The position numbers and the translations under genes are program-made. Below are positions 41,386 through 53,704 of a stretch of 64,000 bases of DNA, one piece after another. This DNA is from Zygnema circumcarinatum SAG 698-1b (taxonomy: Eukaryota; Plantae; Zygnematophyceae): assembly GCA_037447605.1 (NCBI GenBank), contig CM074806.1, positions 4,030,001 to 4,094,000 on the forward strand, given 5' to 3'. The notes under the pieces are model-generated. The model searched no databases, had not been told where the DNA came from, and worked only from the letters and a program-made list of their open reading frames with translations. Each line of letters starts with the position of its first letter. The first letter of the stretch is position 1.

Positions 41386-43116
41386 AGCGAGAACACACCT
41401 CCGTCGGCTGCTTGCACGTGTGAACGCACACAGCGGCACATTTGCTCTCCTCCAAATATCGGCACCGTTCCACGGAAACCTGCTTCCCCCAGGCTCGCAT
41501 AGAGCTTCAGAAATACTATCAAGTCAATTGAACAGATGTGACTGTCGTTCTCAAGACTTTTCACAGTTCCACGGGGGGCGAGCGAGGGAGGAAAGGGAGG
41601 AGGGAGAGAGAGTTGAAGTCCCGGGTCTTGGGAGAGCGGGGAGAGTTGAGCGAGACAGAAACGGGGAGGGTGAGGGGGAGAGAGAGAGAGAAAACCTGGG
41701 AATACAGCTTAGAGCCGTCCGGCAGGTCCATCTCTTTCACTTTGCAGGGGCCCATGAGCCACTGGCATGTGACCTCTGTCACGTAGGCTGAACCCCCCCC
41801 CCGGGAAAAAATGTATATTGTATTCACGAGAACAGGAAGGGAAGTCCGCTGCTTGAATAAGAAGGGGAGGGAGAGAGAGAGAGAGAGGGGGGGGGGTGCG
41901 AGAGGGAAGGTGTGAGAGAGGGGAGGAAGAAAGAGGGAGATGGGAGTGGGAGCAGAAGAGAGTAGAAGGTTAGGCTTAGATTAATAAGCTTTATGCATGA
42001 TTTGATTCCAACCTCAAAAAATACAAGTAAAGGAACGTAATTTGATTGTTACCAGTGAGAATGGCAGCCGGCTTTCCTCCTCCGAGGGGAGCGACAAACC
42101 TCCGAAAGAGAGGAAGAAGACCGGACGGGAAAAGAGAGCACAGAATTCGGACCTGCATAAGCAATATGCCAGAAGAAGAAAGAAAGAAAAGAGAGCGAAA
42201 TCTGCTTGAATTTTAGTTTCTAGAAGTAAGGAAAATGATCTGTGTAAATGGCTTAAAGCCCATTCTCTTCGATTATATTATACAATAGAAGAATGTGAAT
42301 CACAGTTTCAAGAATATTGAAACAGGAAGTTTTTAAAAAATGCTATGAGTTTCTTTTTTTTTTTCATCGGACGAGGGTAGGACGTACCGAAGCCTCCTCA
42401 ACTTGAATTTTCGAACGGTATTTTGACATAGAACGCTGCGCCAATTCAATTATGCCTTCATAGCCCACTCGCTCCGAATCCCAACCAACCTCCTGATCAA
42501 TCCGAATAAAAAAAAAAAATGCCCACGAAATCTTCATAAATTCATACGAGACTAGGACGCTGAAAAATAGAGAAAGATAGCAATTGATAAAAATAGAAAT
42601 ATTTTAAATTTATGTAAGAAGAAATTTAATTCACCAACTGTCTGCATTGTCTTCCCATCCACTTACCTGCACCATCTTGCGCCGAAAAATTGCCATTAAA
42701 AAATCATCGAACGGGTTGGATTCATAGGCAGGAGCCGGCCCCGGCGGAGGAGGAATAAGCTGCGTCTGAGTCAAGCTGCCATTCTGAACCCCTCTGCTCT
42801 GCTCCCTTGCCCTAATTTCTCCCCCCCTCTGAACCCTCCCAACCTGCCTCAAATGCGAAGGCCCTGAACCCCTCACTTTCCTCCCCCCTCTCCTCGTTAT
42901 CTCTACCCCTCTCCCCAGCCCTGAACCCTTCTCAGCTCTGGCTCTCTTCTCGGCGCGCCAGCTGTCAGCATTGCATCTCCCCGCGGGTCCATTCAGGCAC
43001 CAAATTTCCCTCTGCGATTTGAAGATTGCGCGGCCATCACCTCCGGAGAACAATGGAAGCTGCTTTGCAGCATCGCCACGTGGCCCTAGAGCAGGGCAGA
43101 GGGAGAGAGCCGCCAT
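40552..43116 (-). CDS. D27-like: D27-like (DUF4033) beta-carotene isomerase-family protein with a plastid transit peptide-like N-terminus; N-terminal part of the fusion (no stop codon). Exons 43116-42667, 42492-42388, 42152-42053, 41787-41696, 41479-41399, 41076-41008, 40674-40552
   Basis: EVGWDSERVGYEGIIEL, VRILCSLFP, VTCQWLMGPC, VERCRYLEESKCAAVCVHTCKQPTE, MGIPLAMEPDYTDFSCQFKFG...PCLAIC. From recall it is closest to the Arabidopsis D27-like 2 type. Phases are consistent. Confidence 0.94.
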
Positions 43117-43140
43117 GGCGGGGACGAGCTTGCTAGCTCG

Positions 43141-43277
43141 CACGTGCGAAGGGCAGCGGAGGGCGAGCCACGTGGCGAGGGCGCGGCAACGGCTCTTTGG
43201 TACTGTACCTTCGAAGGCCGAAGGCCAAAAGGTACAACTGTACGAATTAGTACGGTCATGCCATTTAGTATATGTAC
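43141..43277. promoter_or_regulatory. Proximal promoter of the D27-like-CcdA gene: two G-boxes (CACGTG) and six GTAC cores
   Basis: CACGTG at 43141 and 43169; GTAC at 43200, 43205, 43232, 43240, 43250 and 43274. A second cluster of four GTAC lies at 43760-43795. Confidence 0.55.
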
Positions 43278-43826
43278 GAAAATGGCCAATGGAATGTTGC
43301 CATGTGGTGGATGGTGACGTCGGTGGAGGTCGTGGTCAACGTCTGTCGGAGTCGCCTAGGACGGGGACGGATTTTGACCTTCCCATGACGACATTGTTGT
43401 TGCAATTGTTTTGTGGTGGACACTTTCTTACTTGTAATTAATGTGGGGCATTGTAAGGTGCGGCTCTGGCATTCTCAATTACAGCCAATAAGGGTCGTAG
43501 TCAAGCACCAATGTACTCCAATAAGAGCAGAATGACCTCATCTATACAGAAGGCCTCATTGCCCCAAACTCGGTGGTTGTCCTACGCATGGCACAATGTA
43601 TGAAGTGTGCATGGTTGTGTTGCACACGCTTCACGCAGTCCTAGCCCCCCTCCATTTTTGGGGATTGGATTGTCCTCTCGCATGCGCACATGCCCACGTG
43701 CCACGATGCCCATGTCCATGCCTGCTCTGAAGTATAGGGTGAGGCAGGCCATACGGACCGTACGGGTGATCGTACCACGCGTACGGCAAGAGTACGGATG
43801 TGGAAGTTGGCGAGTTCTAAAGCTGT

Positions 43827-46800
43827 TTAAAGCCTGTAGACGTTCATGTCATCTTCTACGAAGGCTGTGATAATAGACCGGATATTCCTGCAAAGGAGAA
43901 GAAAGAGAAGCTTGAGTCAGTTCAAATCGAGAGGTTAATGTTTCTTTTGCACAAACATTTGCTTTTTGATGAAGGAAAACAAAGCAAAAGGGAAAGCGTG
44001 GGCCTTAACATGTCAGCAGCGAAGCCCATCTTCAAAGCTCGAGGGGTCTCTATGGCTCCCGGCCAACTGCTGATGATGCTGTGGATCAGAGCGTCCTTTC
44101 TCCATTCCACCTACAAAAACTCGAGATGTAAAAAAAAAAAAAAAAAAAAAGGGGTGAAAGTACTGCTAAGCAAAAGATGAAACAGGCGATATAACGAAAC
44201 AGAAAACTTGCAAAGTCTCTCAATTCAGTGGTGAGATAATCAGAAGTTTTGCAAAACCAAAAGGACTGAGCTCCACAGCATCATCCCCTTCTCTGGCGAG
44301 ACCATGTCTGAGTTGAGACTCACCAGACTGACATCGCCCCCTGCTTGGCGAACCTCTTCCAACATTTCTGCCGGGGTTGTCTGAATGAACCCCCGAAAAA
44401 TAAACACCACAAGGTGAGATTAATAGCAACAGCAACCCTAACAAAGGTCACCAACTGAAAATGACGAACGAATGACGTCTGTACAGCAACAAAACGACAC
44501 ATGGAATGGAAGTCGATTAAGAATGGTGAAGTTGAAGGTGCTGCCACTCACAGTGACGCCGGGGATGGTAACAATTCGAGACTGCCCTTCCATGTCGAGT
44601 GTTCGAGCATGCAGTAGGTTCCGGATCACTAGACGAGGGGACTGCATGGAGATCAATGAGACAGATGAAGAGGGAGAGAGAGAGAGCGAGAGGAGGTTGC
44701 AAGGACACAAGAGACGGGGGGAGTGGGAGAGCACGAGCGAGGGAGAGAGAGGGAGAGAGAGGGAGAGGACGCACTTGGATCCATAGCGGAACGTTTGCAT
44801 CCACAGGGCACACGCTGGGCTGATGTTGAAGCGGCTCTCGGATGATGCTGGAGACAAAAGATGATGTTGCACTGTTCGGTCTGCACCAAGGGAAAGGAGG
44901 AAAAGAAGTCATGCAATAATCCGTTTAACTGAGAGGAACTGGCTTTCAAAAAAAACATGAACATGGTTGCCACGCTTGAGCGAGGGTGATGCCATTTTCA
45001 ATCTTCGGTCAAACTCACTTTGAATTCTCAATGGAGAAGAGAATGAGATATGGATCTTGAAAAGTGTAAAGTTCTAGACCCAAAAACTTAATTAACTAAT
45101 ACTTTCAACTGCCACCGTACAAACCCAAAGCAAACGGTTCAGTCAGAAACCTCTAACTATGAACTACTGTATGCTATTTTGCTACCTGGCCCAGGCACAA
45201 TAATGAATCTCTCGACTAAAACATTACATCTATGAAACTTTTTGTTTACTCAAAAAGATGAGATGAGAGCACCTGCCAGGACGGACCGCAATGGTGGGAA
45301 GTCGAAGGCAGACCCCATCCACATATCCTCTTCGAGAAGCATCCGCTATGAGAAGCTCGCAGATTGCTTTCTGATGACAACATCACCTTTGTGAATGATA
45401 GGAGGAATCATTGGTTGATCTCATTTTATGACCTAAAGTAAGGAGGAAAGTTAAGTTTTAACTAGCCTGCTAAATTGAACTACAGATAGAGCTACCTGTG
45501 TTCCATAGGAGGACTGTGGAACTGGCGTCGAGTCCTCCGTGAATGGTTCCTTGTGCCTCTCTTCTCCCTGTAATGAAAAAAGTAAGGGGGATAAACAAAG
45601 TAAAGGCGTAAATATCACTTTTCTTATAGTCTGACGATTTGGACGATACATTTCCATGAGAGCAGAAAGAGAGCAACAAAGGCTCCTTCCAACAAACGTT
45701 TATCTCTGAGACTTTTCAGTTTGGTGAATTTTTGGGCATCTAAACGTTAGACTTTCAGGAATTACCAAGTGAAAGCAAGGGAGCCCCTTCAAAGTAGAAC
45801 ATTCAAATCGTTAGCCATACAATAATGAAAAAAGGAACACAAACACGTCTATTCACTCACACTGCTATGCGAAGAAGGTAGCCTTCCGAAAATTGCAACA
45901 GAGCTGGTGAATATCAAGCGAGGACGATGGCCTGCTTTTCTGCAAGCATTCAAAAGAGCTCGAGTACCATCCACATTGACCTGCAATGTAATAAGATGAA
46001 GACAAGGGTCGGCATCGAAAATACATAGAAAGAGAGAACGGAGAGAGAAGGACGGGAAGGGAGAGGGACGGGGAAAGGAAAAGGGAATATGAAAGGTAGA
46101 GAGAAAACAGAGAGAGGCGGGGGCGACAAACGGGGGAGAGAGAGAAGGGCGAAAGTAGAAGAAGGAAAAATCCCGAACAAACTGACCAAATTTTGCAACG
46201 TGACTTACCAATTCTTTACGTAAAGGCAAAAATCTACAAGGAAAAGCAGATTATGATATGTAAACGCATTTCTTGTTCAGACATTCGGACCTTCATTCCA
46301 CTATCATAGTCCGCCTCTGCACCTCCACTGAGAACGGCTGCAAGGTGATAGATGCTGCAGAATTCAGAAAAAAACAATCGGTTAAATCGCAAAGGTCATC
46401 AGTGCATACTTGATACTTTATCATTGTAAACAAAACTCTATGCAATAAACAGTAAATATTGAAAGCGACAGAGGCTTTCTAGGTTAACATTTTTGCTCAC
46501 CATGTCACATGCTTGTCAATAAGGTCCTCCAGAAGAGCTGTATTGGTGATGTCTCCAACGACCTGCCAAGATGCGCATTAGAGGACAATGAAATGAGAAT
46601 TGGAGTTTCGGATGTCATGAGGAAAAAAAATGGGAATCACAAAAAGGGCGAAAACCGTGAAAGTGCAAGAAAAATCCTTCCACTTGTTAGATTTATTTTC
46701 TCTTGATTTTGCTGCGCTCATTTAACTAGGGTACGGCATTCACCGGTACTTGTGTTCAGCGGAAAAGAAGTCTCAGCAGACGCAATGCTAATGGAAGAAC

Positions 46801-47087
46801 TCTGCATGTTGAATAGACTTTCACTCAGGATAACATAAAACTAGAAAAAATGACAAAAATTCTAGCGAAACAAAAGGATAAGCCCATACAGATTCAGTGC
46901 CAGGAAGCCCTTGAAAGTTTTCAGGCTGTGCCATGTCCAAAAGCAAAATCTTGACATTTCTTGCAGAGATTGACGCGCCATCGTTGTCTCCGGATACGTC
47001 TCCATTTGTGGCCTCCTCTCTCTGGAGCAGCTCCTTGGCGAGGCGTTGGCCGAGAAAGCCATGCCCGCCGGTGATGAGGATCGTCAT
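43827..47087 (-). CDS. Extended SDR / NAD-dependent epimerase-dehydratase, D-erythronate dehydrogenase (DenD)-like, multi-exon
   Basis: MTILITGGHGFLGQRLAKELL, IYHLAAVLSGGAEADYDSGMK|VNVDGTRALLNACR...IFTSSVAIFG, PQSSYGTQ|KAICELLIADASRRGYVDGVCLRLPTIAVRPG, SSFVSSIIREPL, SPRLVIRNLLHA, IISSWPGAIETPRALKMGF. The YxxxK motif is split by an intron. Confidence 0.88.
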
Positions 47088-47937
47088 GGATGCAAGTCCA
47101 GGCAACCTCTTTTGGAAAATTGTTGGAATGAAAATGAAAATGAAATTGTAGGCACTGTTATGGAAATTGTGGAAAGAAAGGCAAAAATTTAATATATGGG
47201 TAAAAATTAGAGGGGATGCCTAGGTTTTACCGAAGGATTCTCGGGTTTCGCTGTTGTTTTATTGGTTGGGCACCTGATATTTCCAACAGTTGCCAATGGT
47301 TGGTAGCTATCAGGATCGCATCTACATCTAGCTTCTGAATGATAGTCAACTCCTTTGCTTCTCTCTTGTCGATGACTTTGCCTTTTTATGCTTTTTTGTA
47401 GCTTGCTATATCAGCTTCTTGCTGAAGCTCCCTCCTCGTGTCATGCTCAGGCTCCAATCTTGCCAATTGAGAACTTATGTTACGAGGCGGGGACAAGCGC
47501 CAACAAGAGGTGAACGTTAGAAATGACAAGGCTGAACTGTTTTCTCGTCTTATTCAGCTCTTTTTATTCAGCAAATCGTCTTCTCATGCGATGAGTAGGT
47601 CGATGGACGGGTGAAGGGTGAAGTGCGAAACTTGAGTACACGGGAGCCAGCTCAGATTGACCTTCAACATATTGCAGGCGACAGGACATATTCCTTCAGC
47701 TATTGGCATCTCTCTCAGCAAGGGTCCGTAATGCGAAGAATCAGAGCTAGTTAAGAAGCTAAGTTCTCCTCTCTCCTGACAATTGCCAGCGAGACTGGAG
47801 TGACGGCCCCCATAAATGCGTGCTCATACTCCCTTCTAGTACCCCTCTCACTACTTCTACGCTGGTTTTCCCACTATGTATGGATCCACCATACAATGTT
47901 TCCATAAGTGAAGATAGAAAGCCCGCTACCCTCTCTT

Positions 47938-47947
47938 NNNNNNNNNN
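47938..47947. other. Assembly gap (10 N) next to a poly-C run
   Basis: Read directly from the sequence. Confidence 1.
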
Positions 47948-48224
47948 TTCCCCCCCCCCCCCCCCCCCCCTCGTCTGTTATGGCCATTCATCCTCTCCGT
48001 AGCTTCCAAGGCATACAACGCCGCTCTCAGTCGGCCCCCCTCCCTCCCTCCCTCTCTCTTTCACGCTTTCACTTGCTATAAAGTTAAGAGGGGCCCGTAC
48101 AGAATAACCCAAAGACGGGACCCGTCTTGGAAGGAACAACAGAATGGCAGCTCTGGATGCCGTGGGAGTACAATGTACACGCCTTCCTTCATAGCAGTGT
48201 CAATGTCAAAGGCAATTTCTCGCC

Positions 48225-51200
48225 TCACTTGCTGCCCTTCAGCTTCAGTGCCAGCTTCTGCCTTCGCTCCACCAGCAGTCGGGTCAGCTTAACGAGCTCC
48301 TCCTTTGTGAGGAAAAGAACCGACGCAGCAAACACACTCTGTACAATCTTGGTGCTCATTCCTTTGTAGAACCCATTGATGCCTTCATATCGTAACATCT
48401 TCAGAATGGCATCCAAGGTACCTGTTCATGGCCATGATGACGTGTCGGAACACCTCATAGTTAGTGAGGGTGTTTACGTCGGACGGTTTTGGGTTGTTGA
48501 GGCTGTTTAGAGTAATTTTAGGGTCGTTAGTGTGTTATTTAGGGAAGATTACTACTTCTAAACCAAGGCCAAGGAAAACCTATCTACAAGGGCACTGACC
48601 TGTGTATCGACTATTCGCGTCCGTCCCAATGTCTTGCCGTGCTTGAAGCCGTGACTGAAGGCACCAATAAAGGGGAGCCCCCTAGCCAATGAGATACTTG
48701 AGAACAGCAGAAATGGTGGGACTTCAAGGATAATCAAAACGGGCATACTAACAGTCTAAGCCGGTAGATTTTAAACAGGGAATTCGGAGAGAAAAAGGAC
48801 GAGAGACAGGTAGAGAGCGAGAAGGAAGGGGCAGAAGGAAGCGGGGAGGGCGGGAGGGGAATACCTTGACCACAAGGAGTGGGTAAGTTGCTACGGTAGC
48901 ACCCAACTTTGCAATGGCTCCTAAGAGAAATATCTGTGTCAACAATGTCATCATCATCAAAGTCAACATGCATGCATTCCTTCCTTGACCAATGAAGAGG
49001 TACTCGACAGAAATCTGAACAAGTAAAAAAATATCCAGCTTTGCTATATCCAAAAAGTCTGCCATTGATACATAAAAACTACAAACTCGTACTGCTCACC
49101 TCTGTTGCAGAGGCAGACTTAACTCCTCCCCTCGCTTGGGGTCGTTTCGCTGTCAATTTTGACATAAGGCTTTCATATATAGTAAACTGAATTGCTGGGT
49201 TACTCACCTGGAGGTGTCAAGAGAATCGAGGACGACAAATTAAGGAACCGCATTCAGAAGGACACATGAACTTTGTGCTGACCAAAGATACCGCGTTTTA
49301 TAATGTATGCGCATTTCAATTCTTCCTTACACGAATTTGAATCTTTTTTGCGCTTCAAATGGTAACCAATTTCAAATTTAATTTTGGCTGAGCATCAAAC
49401 AACTCAGCAACGAGTCATCAGTCAAGGGTGAAGTGGACAGAATAGCCACGTAAAGCAGGGCTGACTTAAATGCTCTCAAGCCAAGTAAGGCAGCCCGAAA
49501 CGTAAGTCAAGGAGTATGGCAAATACCATCACTAATGTTGGAACCACGCCCTTCCAAAAGCCTAGCGCACCGGCCTCCCTGTGCAGTTCCATCACCTGTC
49601 GCCATCACCAATACAGCGATGACATATCAAGTGAAGCTGAGCAGAGGAGACAGAAAAACGATATACACCCCTGACAAGCCCGGCGATAGAGCAAATAGCC
49701 CTCGTGGGGCTGTAACAAATGATAAACATAACCGCAAAAGAGAGCCTAAACAAACCCAAAGTCCCATTTATTAAGTTATGACGTCAGATAAAGATCTGTA
49801 TCGTCGTCATTCATCTAAAAAGACGAACATTGGTAATGCAGATTGTGACAAATCGCCACTCTATTCACTTTTATGCCTGACCATCGCATCTACACAAAGA
49901 ACACATACTTCATAATCTCATTCTCCAGGCGCCAAAGGGACCAAGAGCTGGCAGTACCGACATAGGACAGGATGTTAAACGAACGACGTAATTCGCTAAT
50001 ACTGAATAGTGAGAAGGTGGGAAAAGGGAATACTTCTGATGGCTTACTGTTGCTATCATTCCCTGAGGCTTCACAACAGTCTCACGATGACTAGCTCCAT
50101 CAACAACGATCGGCTGCGGTTCTCCCTCGGTAGAATTGGAGCCACCATCACTTTTGAGAAAAGGCTGACTTCGCGGCAATAAACACTTTACTTGAGACGC
50201 CGTCTATCCACAGGAGCAGTAAGAAAAGGACAATCAGAAATGTGAGTGCATATGGGCACAGATACCGCTTCCTTTTAGTTGATGGAGCTACGATAGACAA
50301 GGGAACAGGGAGGAGGAGGGAAGGCCGGAGAGGTGGAATAATGTATTAAGTTCTAGAAGGAAGACTTATGCAGCAATTGCACAAGAGGAAACGGTCAGGA
50401 CTCTTAGAGCCCCATTCAAATGATACAAACGAACAATTTCGATTACCTGCATTCTCGTGACAATAATCCAAATAGGGTTTGTTAGCAGTACATTCGCACA
50501 CCTGTCCATCCTCCACAGATAAAAACGGTAAGGGATAAGTGAGGGAAAGGGCAATTAAAACAACTAAAGAAACTCTTCAGACTCAATAACACTCATATTG
50601 CAAGCAGAACAGTACAAGAAATTATGCTCACGCTGTCTTTTGGGACTTGGTGTAGAAGGACCTTCTGACACTAACATTGGAAGAAAAATACTCACAGAGA
50701 CTATGCTCACACTGTCAATCTGTATAAGTGAGATAAAAACCATACTTTTACTGATTGAACCTGAAAACAGACTATACCATGACAATCCTCCTTTCGTCAT
50801 TAACATTAGCCGAATCTGGCAGACACGTTTGATCTAGGCAGGCCACACAATAAACAAGAAACCGTGCGAAGCATCTGAACGAGCTCTCGTTTAATGTACC
50901 AACCCAGCTAATGCAGCAACAATGAGCGAGGACAGCATTCCAACTGAGCCATCTCCTTTGCCAGCCTTCTTCCGTTGCAGTGCGATAGCCTCAGCTCGAT
51001 CCCGAAAGAGTTGGTAAAAGTAGTAGTACACCCCCTGACAAAGAACGTCACGGAATACGCAAAAGTTGAGGACTGCAAACATCAATCAATGTTTCTAACA
51101 GACAAACATTTTACAAAATGCGAAAGAATGATTTCACAAAGCCCTTGCCGTACCTGGGAGGCAGCAGTTCCAATAAGAGATGGCTGCAGTCCCCTATAGA

Positions 51201-52440
51201 GTCCATACCAACCCTCCCTTTTGATAATCTGGCCACATTAAAGCGACGGAAACAAACAATTGGAATCAAACCAAAACCTCTCTGACAGCTCGCGCCCGGC
51301 GCTACCTTCGGTAGTTTGTATCCCAGAAATGTCAATTCAAACCTTAACTTTGGTAACACGTGGCAAATAAAGCATCTTTGGAAAGACAGACAGAATGTCG
51401 TAGTAAGTTACAGACTGAATGACTAAGACTTTCCAAATGGAACAAACAAAGCATCAGTTACTGCCACGCTTCATCAGAGAGCAGTGTAATCAGCAGCAAG
51501 TGCGTAATCAGGTCATCTTACATCCAAAATCTCGTGAAAAGTCCCATGAGCTTTTTTTAGAGGTTTCGCTTGCGCCGCTACCAATGCCTGCTCTTCAGCG
51601 CTGCCAGGTTCCTTCTGCTCCTCCCCCTTCTTTCGATTTCGTTCTGTCTGCTGGCGCGTATTAACCTGCACACGTGAAACGTTCCCTAATGCAATGAAGG
51701 TGAAATCCTTAGAATTTTCTTTACATGTATTGGCATACGAATGCATCGGCGGACAACATTGGAACAAAAGGATATAGTTTTGTTCTATTGTACTAAACAA
51801 TCGAAAGTTTGAGCAACTTCCATCGTTGCTCAAACAGAGATGAGAACCGTGTCTCGAAAGGCTCTGTACCGCTTTTCTACTTTAAGCCTTTGATGCTGAG
51901 AGCCTCACACAGAAGATCTGCTATTCGAGAAGTGGCTTCCGTGAAAAAATAACGAGACTCCAGCGAGAAGCTACAACAGAAATTTTTCAGGGCATTCATC
52001 CACAACGGCTGCGGCTCACAAGCTGTAGGCGTCAAAGTGGGGAAATAAAACGCAAGATACATGTATGACTTAAAGCCTTACTTGGCATTCAAAAATTGAA
52101 TATGGAATAATAAGCCGTCTCCTTAGTTTCACTTAAAGCCTTACATGGCATTCAAAAAATTGAATATGGAATAATAAGCCGTCTCCTTAATTTCCAATGC
52201 AACAGGAAGCTGTACAGGATGAAACCTTCACGGGATTGTGGATGAAGGCGAAAATTGCGCAGGCTTTGCCTGACGTGAAGAAAAAGCTTGCCGAGAGAAT
52301 TCATCGAGAATGAGGAAAGAAATCTCGGAATCGGCAAGGAGGCAGCCAGCTTCACTTACTGCTTGTAGCGGATAAGTGAGCAGCTGCGCGATGATTCCAC
52401 CAGACGCTCCCGCAAGCCCGTTCACAAGAGCATCCGACAT
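48225..52440 (-). CDS. PXN: Peroxisomal NAD+ carrier (mitochondrial carrier family, PXN/PMP38-like), multi-exon
   Basis: MSDALVNGLAGASGGIIAQLLTYPLQA, GVYYYFYQLFRDRAEAIAL...GDGSVGMLSSLIVAALAG, CANVLLTNPIWIIVTRMQ, FLLGAIAKLGATVATYPLLVVK, GTLDAILKMLRYEGINGFYKGMSTKIVQSVFAASVLF. Internal exon boundaries were not all resolved. Confidence 0.9.
52068..52194 (+). repeat. Tandem duplication, 63 bp + 64 bp, in PXN intron 1
   Basis: acttaaagccttac(t/a)tggcattcaaaaa(a)ttgaatatggaataataagccgtctcctta(g/a)tttc occurs twice. Confidence 0.93.
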
Positions 52441-53704
52441 CCTGAAACCTCGAAGATCCCTCCTTTCAGCCGGTAGTTTGCATCAACATGCAGATGTCTT
52501 GAGGCTAAACATGATGGTCGAGGAGACCAGAGAAATCTACAGAAAGTGAGGGAATGCAGACTGCTTCAGATCAAACACCAATTTTGCAGCGAGCAATGTA
52601 TTATCAAGTGAGATATAGTCGAAAAAAGACAAGGAAAAAGCAATGGCAAGTCATAGTGGAGGGGAAGATGGAGGGGACAATTGTGTCATATAATTTACTA
52701 GAAAATTTTGCATTGTGTACGGAAAAGTTTCTTGAAAAAGTACAGCCCCAGGGGAATTTCGGACAAGAAAAAACTTTTACGAACGGTATTGGAGCTGTAG
52801 ACCATAATTGTTCATAATTACGCCTACTCGCCCTACTGTACTAAACATTTGCGAAGAGTTTCGGGAAATTAAATTGGGAAGAAAATCATGACCAGGAATT
52901 CTTTCTTCCTGTCCCACTTTTTCTGACGTGGCTGCTTACGTGGCGCCACGTCAGCGCGATAGCGGCAAATTGGGCCCACCTTTCTCCCGCAGCGCGCTCG
53001 GCGGGATCGATCGCACGTGGCAGGACCACACTTGCGAGGGCGGGGCCCTACGCCCTAGTCGACTTTTCATTGCCAACGAGAAAACAAGAATACATGGAAG
53101 TTAGATTGACCTCACGACAGGCGGTTAACCAACACGGTGACTAACTCCAGTCAGCTGAGGCACTAAATATTAGTTGAGGGGTATTCGACCATTCGTAACT
53201 CGTTCGTCATTAGTCAGGTCATGTCAGATTAGTCGTGTTCTGGGCACGTTGATTTTGACTGAAACATGGGGCAAGACATACAGTCCCATCCCCACCCCAT
53301 CCCCATCCCATCCCCATCACTGCCTCATACCCACAAACCCTAAATTGTCTCAAGAGGGCAAAATGAAGCGCTCAAGAAGACCATATTCACTAGCATGCCT
53401 GAGACGGCATTTCAGAATGCTGAAATATTTACACATCAGACGGCGCCTGCACCTGACCTGCACGGCGCCCAATGGCATTCACTACGTCTCCTGCCAACCT
53501 GAGGACAGATTGGAAGGGTGTCCTAAGCCCTACTCTTTGCAAAAAGAAACAGCCTAATAGCGAACCTCTTTGCGGAAACAAACCAGAACATCGGTGTTAT
53601 GCTCACTCCTGCCTTTCCCAGAATAGACAAGCTCTACTCAAGCTTACCTCCCTCCTGGCCTAAACGACATTTTTCTACATCATAGGTAAAATATCTACCC
53701 CGAT

